Shown here: positions 45,606 to 54,204 of the stretch, one piece after another | How positions within the stretch are numbered: position 1 is the stretch's first letter | How the letters are laid out: every line of letters begins with the position of its first letter | Source of the DNA: Nanobdellati archaeon | GTDB taxonomy: Archaea; B1Sed10-29; JAGVWA01 | Assembly: GCA_018304505.1 (NCBI GenBank) | Contig: JAGVWA010000014.1 | Span: forward strand, 1-54,204 | DNA: 54,204 nucleotides | Direction: 5' to 3' | The notes under the pieces: model-generated | What the model saw: only the letters and a program-made list of their open reading frames with translations | Database searches by the model: none | What the model was told of the DNA's origin: nothing | Translations under genes and position numbers: made by a program

Positions 45606-46898
45606 TTAGAATCTGCGTCGATTTCTGTTTGCACCTTGGGATGGCCTATGTATGCCTTGGGATGGTCTTGGCGCCCTGTGCCGCATTCCCCCGGGCATCC
45701 TTCCTGCCCCCCCTTGGCCTGATCTCGGCCTCATAGGCCCTCTTGGGCCACCATGAAGGCTGGGCCTTTCACGCCACTGTATTGTAACTTGTTCTATTCG
45801 CGGCATTTGCTTTTCAACAAGCACGTCTCCGTGTTCACTCCAGACGTTCCTGAATGAATCTTGATCAGAATTGCCGATGATGTTGATGGCCGCGCCCTCT
45901 TTTCCTGCGCGCGCAGTTCTCCCGATCCTGTGGATGTACATCTTCTCATCCTTGGGGGTGTCGTAGTTGTACACATGAGTCACTCCGGTAATGTGCAAAC
46001 CGCGCGCAGCAACGTCGGTGCAAACCAGAACTTCGGTTTTCTGGGAATGGAACTTTTCCATTGTCCGAGTGCGCTTGTTTTGGGCAAAACCGCCGTGGAT
46101 TGCCTGTGCTTCTATTCCAAGCTTCTTTAGGTTGTTCGCAACAAAGTCCGTGTTTCTTCTGGTGTTGCAGAACACCATCACAAGCCCGGAATGCTCATTT
46201 TTCAGCAGATGGACCAGCGTGCTGAACTTCAACTTGTCTGGAACCTGGTAGTAGTACTGCGTCAGTTTTTTTGGGTCAACGTACTGTTCTAGCGAAATGC
46301 TTACCGGGTTTTTCATGTACTTGCGTGAAAGCCGTGCAAGGTCTGATGGAATGGTTGCCGAGAACAGCATTGTCTGCCGGTCTACCGGGCAGTTGTTGAT
46401 GATCCTCTCAACGTCATCAATGAAGCCCATGTCTAGCATTCTGTCGCCTTCGTCCAGTACAACGGTTTTCACTTTGCTTAAGTCGATTGTTCTTCGGGAA
46501 ATGTGGTCTAGTACCCTACCGGGGGTTCCTACGACGATGTCTGCTGTTTTTAGTTCCTTGATTTGGTTGCCTATGGGGACCCCGCCGAAAACAAGCGCTA
46601 TGTTGAGTTTTTTGTATTTTGAAAACTTGTCCAGTTCTTTTTTGATCTGCTCTGTCAGCTCCCTTGTGGGGGACAGGATCAGTGCCTGTGCATGCTGTTT
46701 GTTTTCCGAATTTTGTATGATGCCTGCGCCAAAAGCGAGGGTTTTTCCGGAACCGGTTGCGGATCCGGCAATGATGTCCTTGCCTTGTAGCGTTAGGGGA
46801 ATGGTTTTTTCTTGTATTTCTGTAGGTTGTTCAAAACCTTGGTCTTCTATTGCTTTTGTTAGCTCGGCCTGTAAGCCAAGCTCTTTGAATTTATTCAT
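45606..46898 (-). CDS. DEAD-box RNA helicase (motif II DEGD)
   Basis: Q motif, ATGSGKT, PTREL, TPGR, DEGD, SAT, HRIGRTAR; GAGGCGA RBS before MNKF. Confidence 0.95.
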   Translation of the reverse strand: MNKFKELGLQAELTKAIEDQGFEQPTEIQEKTIPLTLQGKDIIAGSATGSGKTLAFGAGIIQNSENKQHAQALILSPTRELTEQIKKELDKFSKYKKLNIALVFGGVPIGNQIKELKTADIVVGTPGRVLDHISRRTIDLSKVKTVVLDEGDRMLDMGFIDDVERIINNCPVDRQTMLFSATIPSDLARLSRKYMKNPVSISLEQYVDPKKLTQYYYQVPDKLKFSTLVHLLKNEHSGLVMVFCNTRRNTDFVANNLKKLGIEAQAIHGGFAQNKRTRTMEKFHSQKTEVLVCTDVAARGLHITGVTHVYNYDTPKDEKMYIHRIGRTARAGKEGAAINIIGNSDQDSFRNVWSEHGDVLVEKQMPRIEQVTIQWRERPSLHGGPRGPMRPRSGQGGAGRMPGGMRHRAPRPSQGIHRPSQGANRNRRRF

Positions 46899-47149
46899 GT
46901 TGTCGCCTCTGTGTGCGTTTTTTCGTTGGTCTATTTTATGCGATAAGGCGCTGGGTCTTAAAGATAAAATAGCGTCGGGCATGTTGAACGTTTTGTGTGC
47001 TAACACGCCAATGTATAGTAATATTGCAACCGAGTATATAAAGCTTTTGGTTAGATTGCGATAATGAGGCAAGGCTTTATATACCCGGGGGCGCACATAG
47101 AGCGATGGCTAATAAACTCAGCTATAAAAAAATAAAAAGGTGAAACATA

Positions 47150-47368
47150 GTGGAAGACGAACAGGAATTTGAGCGAGAAGAAACACAAGAAGAAGAACAA
47201 GAAGAAACACAAGAAGAAAGACCCGAGAGGGAAATGTACAAGGCAACTTGCTCAGAATGTGGTCAAGAAACTGAAGTCCCATTTAAACCAGACCCGGAAA
47301 GGCCGGTTTACTGCAGGGACTGCTACAAGCAACGCAAACCAAGACGATCGGGGCCAAGAAGATACTAA
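47150..47368 (+). CDS. CxxC-x17-CxxC zinc-ribbon protein
   Basis: ATCSECGQETEVPFKPD..RPVYCRDCY; AGGTGA RBS. Confidence 0.92.
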   Translation: MEDEQEFEREETQEEEQEETQEERPEREMYKATCSECGQETEVPFKPDPERPVYCRDCYKQRKPRRSGPRRY

Positions 47369-47876
47369 GCAGAGTCACAATTTCTAGATTTTCTTAACTG
47401 AACAAGCAAGCAGAACGAAAAAGTAAACCCGTTTTTTCAAGGTCGGGGGGCCATGCACAACCCCTGTGGTGTTTGTGCGTGTGCCTAACAGGTCGCCGCA
47501 GAACACCATTAAACGCCGCAGAACACCACCAAACACCACTGATCGCACGGCTCAAATTATTGGCCCATCTTGGATAAATGGGCAAAATATTTAGCAAAAA
47601 CTCAGCGGTTGGCTAAAATTTTTCGTAAACTTTATATAGAGGAACTACATAAACTATAATGGGAACATTTACATATTGTAAACGCGGCGCTCGTTCATGG
47701 GCAGGCCTTTGCGGCAACACTTCTATCCCATCAGTAATGAAAGTTGCAACACAACGTGCACAGCAAACCCACGCGTGCAAAAAAGTTCGACAATTGCCGG
47801 GTAAAGCTTTAAATACAGCTGTGTGCACAAACATTGTGCAACTATATTGCAATTGTTAATAAAAAAATGGAGGGAT

Positions 47877-48947
47877 ATGCAGATGAAAAACATGACATTG
47901 GCACTATTAATAGTGTCATTATTTGCCGCGCCTGGTTTTGCGCAAACGTCCCAGTTCCAGACAACGGCACTACAAGTACACCTAGATGGTTTCATAGACA
48001 ACACGTATCGCGATGGAACACAGAACTATGTGAATAAAGTGAATGACCCGCAAAATTGGGGAAATGCAAATGACGCAGCAGTAACAAACCAGGATGGGGA
48101 ATTGGTTTTGTATCTAGAATCCTTAGATGGAAGCGAAGTTGTTCGATATATTGATGCGGATGCTGATGGTATCACGGACTTAGAGTTAAGAGCATCATCA
48201 GATAACACAGGGTACTTCTGCTACAGGGCAGGTTTCGGCCAACACAGCGGGGGTTATGCCTCGGACATCCGTAATGATATATATTGTGGGGGGATTGTGA
48301 TCTCGGTTGGCTATACAATTTATAGCATTGAAATGACATTTAGCCAATCTACACTACCTGCTGGAACACTCCTTATCTCTACGCTCGGATCAGTCAATAA
48401 CGTCAATGTAAAGGTATCAGGGGCAGGCCCCAAGGCACCGAAGTACACCATTGTAGAGCATGTGCTGGCAAACAAGACCGGCGACTCGCCATGGTTTGGA
48501 TATGGACCATCAAATGACTATACAAGCAGTGTTTCAGACCTGGAAAACTGGCAGGGTAACAACTATGCCTTTATAGACGAAGCAAACGATAAGTTCGGCA
48601 TGTCATTAGACCTTGGTCAACCTGCTTATGTAGACAGGTATGTTGACATAGGGGGGGATGGAACCGATGACCTAAAGCTAGAAATGCTTGACTACCAATA
48701 CACTGGCATGGTAAAAGTAACGTGCCTATCAACAGGGCAGAGTATTTCAGGATCAACCACATGCAACGGTTACCCGCTTAACATTATCATGTATGGTACG
48801 GCAATCGCATGGGGCGGATCAAGAATGGAAGTCCAGGTCAATGGCGTATCAAACCTGCCAACACTCATCACGACAACAGGGTCTAACTCAAAAATCAGAT
48901 TAGTGAAAACTGCAACTGGTGGTGGCAAAGGCAAAAAGGGCAAATAA
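47877..48947 (+). CDS. Secreted protein with two internal repeat domains
   Basis: Signal peptide ending APGFA; duplicated NW...RYxDxxxDGxxDL...C...C pattern; GGAGG RBS. Confidence 0.8.
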   Translation: MQMKNMTLALLIVSLFAAPGFAQTSQFQTTALQVHLDGFIDNTYRDGTQNYVNKVNDPQNWGNANDAAVTNQDGELVLYLESLDGSEVVRYIDADADGITDLELRASSDNTGYFCYRAGFGQHSGGYASDIRNDIYCGGIVISVGYTIYSIEMTFSQSTLPAGTLLISTLGSVNNVNVKVSGAGPKAPKYTIVEHVLANKTGDSPWFGYGPSNDYTSSVSDLENWQGNNYAFIDEANDKFGMSLDLGQPAYVDRYVDIGGDGTDDLKLEMLDYQYTGMVKVTCLSTGQSISGSTTCNGYPLNIIMYGTAIAWGGSRMEVQVNGVSNLPTLITTTGSNSKIRLVKTATGGGKGKKGK

Positions 48948-48978
48948 GCAAGTCCCTAAAGAAACCAACGTATGAATG

Positions 48979-49027
48979 GCGTGCATTCGAGGATTTTTCT
49001 GAATGCACGCTTTAACGCTCTTTTTTT
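48979..49027 (+). terminator. Stem-loop plus T-tract after the secreted-protein gene
   Basis: GCGTGCATTC...GAATGCACGC 10-bp stem, T-run at 49021. Confidence 0.5.
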
Positions 49028-49337
49028 CATGTAAAACTTTTTTTATTTATGGCAAAACTAAAGAAACAAAAGTAGTATAAATACGGATCGTGCAAGTATT
49101 TAGTGGTAAGCAGGGGATAGTGCGGAGAATGAAAAAGATCATGAACAGAAACAACTACAATACATGGCGCAACAAGTCCATAAACAGTGGCTAGCAGTTC
49201 TATATCATTGGCGGATGGCAAAAAATAAATGGCTCCATGAAAAAAACCGTACAAAATATAAAAAAGGCAGGGTAAAAATCAAGGGCCCGCTTAATGACTG
49301 GGGGATCATCAATCCTAATCAGGAAGCCCGTTGCTTT

Positions 49338-51942
49338 TTAGTCCTCCTGTTTTCTATAAGCAACTAGTTTGTACAGCTCCATCACAGCCAATCCAACAAG
49401 CAAGAACCACGAAATCGTTGCCCAGTCACTAATGCTCAGGGGCGCAGTGCCAAAGAAGCCTTGCATTGTCGGGTTGTACACAACCAGCAGTTGCAGAACA
49501 ACGCTGCTGCCAACGCCTAATAGTAGGAGCTTGTTGCTAAACATGCCCTTGTAGAATGGCTCTGTAGTGTTGCGAATCGAGAACACAAGACTCATTTGGA
49601 ACAACACGAGGAACGTAAAAACCGCAGTCTGTGCATGCACGAATTCAGCGCCGTCTGATAGGTACTGGCTGAACATGAACACGCCAAGCAGGGCCATTGC
49701 TGTGCCGTACACTACCAAGCGCTGCAAAGCCAATTTGGAGAGCACCTTGTCGGTTGCCTTTCGCGGTTTTCTCTCCATTATCCCGGATTGCGGCGGATCC
49801 AGGCCCAAAGCAACAGCAGGCAAGCCATCTGTAACTAAGTTGATCCACAAGATGTGCAGCGCTGTCAGTGGCAATGGCAAATTCGCTACCAGTGCAAAGA
49901 AAATCGTCAGGACTTCGCCGATGTTGGCTGATAAGAGGTACTTGACGAACTTCTTGATGTTGTCAAACACGCCCCTCCCGGTTTCGATAGCGTTTACTAT
50001 TGTCGAAAAATTGTCGTCGACAAGGATCATATCGCTGGCTTCTTTCGACACATCAGTGCCTGAAATTCCCATTGCCACGCCAATGTGTGCTTTCTTGAGG
50101 GCGGGTGCGTCATTCACACCGTCGCCGGTAACCGCGACAACCTCGCCCTTATCGCGCAGCAGGCTAACGATTCTGTGCTTGCCCTCTGGGTTAATGCGCG
50201 CGAACACGTTCACAGACCTGAGTTTTAGTTCAAGTTCGTAATCCGTCATTAGCATAAGGTCCTTGCCGGCAATGGCTTCCTTTGAGGATATGCCGACTTG
50301 GTCTGCAATGGCTTTTGCTGTCATTGGGTTGTCGCCAGTTACCATTATTACCCGTATGCCCGCGCTTCGGCACTTCATAATAGCGTCTTTGACTTCAGGT
50401 CGTGGGGGGTCGATCATGCCCTATGAGTGTCATGGCTTGCTCTAATTTGGAAGACCTTGCAATGGCCAAAACACGGAGGGCCTGCGAGGCCATTTCAGCA
50501 TGCTGCGCTTCAAAATCCGTAATTGCATCATGAGTGAGCTTTACTCGCCGGCCATGCTGGTTTATGTAATGCGTGGACTTCTCAATAACTTCTTCAAAGG
50601 CACCCTTGGTGTAAAACACCTTGCCGCGGGTTCCTGCGCGGTTTGCGGGCCTGACTTGCACGGTCATCATTTTTCGCTCTGCATCAAACGGGTTTTCCTG
50701 TACGCGTTCATAATCACTGATGTCTAGCCGCGCTTTTTTTGCCGCCACGAGCAAGGAGATCTCTGTCGGGTCGCCTAGCGGTTTTGGGGTGATGTGTGAA
50801 TTGTTGCATAGCGCGCCTGCTGTCAATACCTCGGTGAGGCTTTCCGATGCATATTTTCTGTTCTTATGCAGGAATGAGCCTCTGGTGTCGTATCCAGCGC
50901 CTGTAATGTGGATCAGTTTTTGGTCAGTATACACATGCGTTACGGTCATCTCGTTCTTCGTCAGGGTCCCGGTTTTGTCTGTGCAGATTACGGTTGTTGC
51001 CCCAAGGGTTTCTACTGCTGGCAGTTTCCTGACAATCGCATTTTGTCTAGCCATTTTCTGTAGCCCTATGGCTAGCGTTATCGTCAGTATGGCTGGCAGG
51101 CCCTCAGGAATGGCTGCCACGGCGAGGCTAACGGACAGCAAAAACAGCTCTAGCAGGGGGATCTGCCTCAAGAGCCCGATAAAGAAGATCAGCGCCAGAA
51201 TTGCAAACACGATTGCCGTAATGGTCTTACCCGTTGCCTGAATTTCCTTCTGCAGCGGAGTTACCTTCTCTGGCTTTTCCAAAACAAAGGAAGCGATTTT
51301 CCCAATTTCGGTGTTCATGCCGGTCGCAGTGACTAAGCCAAGGCCGCGGCCATACGTTATTATGGTGTTCTTGTAGCACATGTTTGTTCTGTCAGCCACT
51401 AGTGTTGAAATGGGCAACGGATCCCTGTTTTTGCCTATCGGGCTTGACTCCCCGGTAAGCATTGATTCGTCTGCCTGCAGGCTTGCAGATTCGATGATGC
51501 GGCAGTCTGCCGGCACTATTGTGCCTTGTTCCAGCACAACGACGTCGCCCGGAACGATGTGCTCTGAATTGATTTTTTGCTCGCGCCCGTCCCTGATTAC
51601 TATGGCGAGGGGCGTTGCTGCCTTCTTCAGGGCCTCAATGGCCCGCTCTGCCTTGTACTCCTGCACAAGCCCAAGCAATGCGTTCAGGAAAACGATAGCC
51701 ATAATGACTATGGTGTCCTTGAGGTCTCCAAGCAGGGCAGTCACGAGGGCGGCTATTACGAGGATGGCTACAAAAAGGTTTTGGAACTGTGAGATGAACA
51801 GTCCAATGATGGTCGGCCTTGGAGGCTCCTGAAACGCGTTTTTGCCGTACAATGCTTGGCGCTCTGCTGCATGTTTTTCGTTAAGCCCATTGAGGGTTGT
51901 TTCGAGCTCCTGTAAAACCTCACTGACGGACAGATGGTGCAT
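49338..51942 (-). pseudogene. Type IIA (Ca2+) P-type ATPase split by a frameshift near 50418
   Basis: 5' part has TGES, PEGLP and DKTGT; 3' part starts MIDPPR with TGDN and GDGVND; junction CTC ATA GGG C ATG. Confidence 0.88.
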
Positions 51943-52131
51943 GAAATAGGAACTCTGTGGGCCTTTTTATAGTTTCAGTATATAGTTTCAATATTAAGCC
52001 GTCTGCAGGCGCGTTAAAAACATAAAAAGGGGCGATCATTGGATCGCCAGCTTGTTCGGGTTGTTTGGGTTGCTTATGGTTTTGGTTGCGTGCTTACATA
52101 CCAATGGATGTGCATGTGGTTGCTGTGTGGT

Positions 52132-52347
52132 TTACATGTACATATCTTTGACCATCCATAGTGCGGATAGGCCTACGAGGATGTAGACGACCCATTCTAC
52201 TTGTGGCCAAGATCCCAGAATCATGTTAACGATGTTCCAGTTGGATCCTGCGAATCCACCGACGCCGACAAGGCCCCAGTTCAGTCCTCCGATTAGCAAG
52301 AGGATCTTGGCTGCCATGCCGATTCCATCCTTCTCTTTCTTTGCCAT
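52132..52347 (-). CDS. DUF378 family membrane protein
   Basis: IGGLNWGLVG...VYILVGLSA. Confidence 0.92.
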   Translation of the reverse strand: MAKKEKDGIGMAAKILLLIGGLNWGLVGVGGFAGSNWNIVNMILGSWPQVEWVVYILVGLSALWMVKDMYM

Positions 52348-52447
52348 ATATTAGCACCTCCAAGCTAAAGACCCGCCAGGGGTATATAAAGCTTTCGTTA
52401 TTCACGATGGTTCCATCGTTGTTTAACGTTTGGGTTGTGTTGTAGTC

Positions 52448-52741
52448 TTAACACCAGTGGTGGTGCTTTTTCGTGACCTTCTTAATGCCCCATAACGTGA
52501 CTAATAGTGCCAGCCATGGGAACGTGACTGCGATGTACTTGAGTTCACTTAAGAGCCATAGCACGCTTATTATGAGCACTGCCCATGAGAACCACTTGTG
52601 ACCCAATCCTCCATGTCCGCTAAATTCGGCGCACATGCAGGGGTCGCATCCGCACACAGGGCAAGCCCCGGTGCTCATCATGCTTGTGCTTGCTTGTTTG
52701 CCCGTGCTTCGAGCGCTTCTTCTAGTTGTTTTTCTTGCCAT
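52448..52741 (-). CDS. Small two-TM protein with Cys cluster and His tail
   Basis: CPVCGCDPCMC, two TM helices, HHHWC; GAGGAGGT RBS. Confidence 0.75.
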   Translation of the reverse strand: MARKTTRRSARSTGKQASTSMMSTGACPVCGCDPCMCAEFSGHGGLGHKWFSWAVLIISVLWLLSELKYIAVTFPWLALLVTLWGIKKVTKKHHHWC

Positions 52742-52856
52742 AAGTATACCTCCTCATTTTTGTTTTCTAATTCAAGGAAAGGCCGTGGTGGTTTAAAAAG
52801 CTTTCTCAAAAACAAGTTTGTGCCGAGTTTGTACAGGCCACGTCTTGGGAGCTGGC

Positions 52857-53207
52857 TTAGAGGCCCTGCAGCAGGCCCCTTCTCCTGAGCTGCTCAACTT
52901 CGGTTTGCCAGTACCTGTGCACGATGTTGCACTTCTTGTCGCCTTCGACTGGCCAGGGTTCAATCAAAACATAATCATCAACGCGCACCCACATTCGCCT
53001 GCGCTTTGCTCCGGGTATCCTGCCCATTCTGATTTTGCCGTCAGCGCACCTAACCGTCATTCTCATGCCGCCGTGCAGGGCCTCGACAAGGCCCATGATT
53101 TCACCCGGCCTGGGAAGCCTAACCCTGTGCTCTGTCTCGTCGGTGGTGCCTGTTTTTGGCTTTCTGCCAGTTGCCTGGCCGCTTTTTCTTCGAACGAATT
53201 TCCTCAT
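52857..53207 (-). CDS. eif1a: Translation initiation factor aIF-1A
   Basis: VRLP, C.DGK.R.GRIPG, RMWVR.DD.V, RY. Confidence 0.94.
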   Translation of the reverse strand: MRKFVRRKSGQATGRKPKTGTTDETEHRVRLPRPGEIMGLVEALHGGMRMTVRCADGKIRMGRIPGAKRRRMWVRVDDYVLIEPWPVEGDKKCNIVHRYWQTEVEQLRRRGLLQGL

Positions 53208-53211
53208 GTCT

Positions 53212-53499
53212 TCACCATTTGAATATCATTGCGTATGGCACGCCTTGCACTGTGCTGTACTCTGCTATTAGGCCTTTTTCTTTTAAAACCTTGATGATTT
53301 CTGGCCCGGTAATCATTACGTTGCTGTGCCTTTGCACCAGTTCTATGGCTTCCCCGGTGTTGATTTCGCGGTCTTTGTAAAAGCCTGCCTTGACCTCGAG
53401 TTTCTTGTTGCCCTCGTTGAAGGCCTCCCCGATGAGGTTTTTGTCGCAAATCCCCATGACTTGGTTGTTGACCTTTGAGTAGAATAGCGAATTTTTCAA
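53212..53499 (-). CDS. DUF424 family protein
   Basis: ICDKNLIG, FY, VQGVPYA. Confidence 0.88.
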   Translation of the reverse strand: MKNSLFYSKVNNQVMGICDKNLIGEAFNEGNKKLEVKAGFYKDREINTGEAIELVQRHSNVMITGPEIIKVLKEKGLIAEYSTVQGVPYAMIFKW

Positions 53500-53500
53500 T

Positions 53501-53911
53501 TTAGATCGCCTTTACAGGTGCGCGCGCGCCGCATACTTCGCATCGCTTGTGCTTTACGCCACCGAAGGCCACGAGGTCCGTATCTGGTTTTTTGCACTCT
53601 GCGCAGATTACGTATTCATCAATGTACCTTTTGAGCCGTGAATTCAGCGCGTCTGGCCTGTGTTTTCCCTTTAGCAATCCGCGTTTCTGGTCAAGGTCCC
53701 CCGATGTGGCGAATTCCTTTGATAAATATTTCATTAAGTGCAGCGGGTCCCGTCGCAGCTTTAGGGCAACGTCTTCGAAATTCCTAATCATGGTCTGGTT
53801 GCCCTGAATAAAGCTCTCGAATTCAGGGGGCTCAAACCGCTCGCTGCTTTTGACCTTGTCTGGCAGGTTCGCGTATAGACTGTCCAATAGTTCTGCATAA
53901 CTCGATGTCAT
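53501..53911 (-). CDS. eif2b: Translation initiation factor aIF-2 beta
   Basis: ERFEPP, NF..V...LRRDP.HL, YVICAECKKPDT, CEVCGA. Confidence 0.96.
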   Translation of the reverse strand: MTSSYAELLDSLYANLPDKVKSSERFEPPEFESFIQGNQTMIRNFEDVALKLRRDPLHLMKYLSKEFATSGDLDQKRGLLKGKHRPDALNSRLKRYIDEYVICAECKKPDTDLVAFGGVKHKRCEVCGARAPVKAI

Positions 53912-53987
53912 AAAGAGCACCTTCTAGTCTACTTAGTGCACCGCGGTATTTAAAAGCGTTTACGTAATAGCCGCGAAAATAATCAGC

Positions 53988-54204
53988 TTATGCCTTCATC
54001 GCTTTTGCGATGTTCTCTGGCAATTCACGTATTGCGCTTTCAATGTTGTCTAGTTTGTTGTGCGTTTTTTTCATGCCGTCATCCAGTTGGTCCATTTTGT
54101 GTCCGAGGTTTTGCATGATTCCGGGGAGTGGTTTGAGGTATTCTACGCTTTTTTCAAATTGTTTGAGTTGTAGGGCTTGTGATGCGTGCATTTTGTCTGG
54201 GATG
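53988..54204 (-). CDS. Coiled-coil protein, C-terminal part (probably begins beyond the window)
   Basis: Heptad pattern; frame is open to the window edge. Confidence 0.55.
   Translation of the reverse strand, partial: IPDKMHASQALQLKQFEKSVEYLKPLPGIMQNLGHKMDQLDDGMKKTHNKLDNIESAIRELPENIAKAMKA

Noticed and set aside
46441-46460. DEGD instead of DEAD in the helicase
   Set aside because: A known tolerated variant; all other motifs are intact.
47165-47220. GAAGAAACACAAGAAGAA tandem repeat
   Set aside because: It simply encodes the acidic EETQEE linker of the zinc-ribbon protein.
49027-49367. Short ORFs between the secreted protein and the ATPase
   Set aside because: AT-rich intergenic sequence with no recognisable motifs or convincing start signals.
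53204-53449. 81-aa minus-strand ORF
   Set aside because: Alternative frame inside the DUF424 gene.

Overview
Archaeal genomic DNA. Evidence: TATA-box promoters, BHB-type tRNA introns, Rpo4, L21e, Spt5, SecE, topoisomerase VI, aIF-1A and aIF-2beta. Gene style suggests a DPANN-type archaeon, but that is inference. The housekeeping backbone is smc, the ftsZ-secE-spt5-rpl11-rpl1-rpl10-rpl12 cluster, rpl21e-rpoF-DUF655-rsmA, rio1-HAD-KH-top6B-top6A, idsA, a DEAD-box helicase and aIF2beta-DUF424-aIF1A. There are six tRNA genes, four of which carry five introns in total. Three features stand out. (1) Twelve small (73-124 aa) orphan genes in five loci all appear to begin Met-Trp (ATG/GTG-TGG), while no recognisable housekeeping gene here does. 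This suggests an undescribed family defined by a shared N-terminal signal. (2) A ~710-aa protein carries two complete TATA-binding-protein cores (four TBP repeats) fused to a transmembrane helix and a sequon-rich extracellular region, making it a candidate membrane-tethered transcription factor. (3) A modular palindromic repeat family sits behind two tRNA genes and also makes up a 155-nt T-loop intron in tRNA-Leu. Other points: a RaSEA/ArcS-like fusion and three interrupted genes (rsmA, a DUF2268-like peptidase, a P-type ATPase). All calls come from reading motifs by eye; no database searches were run.
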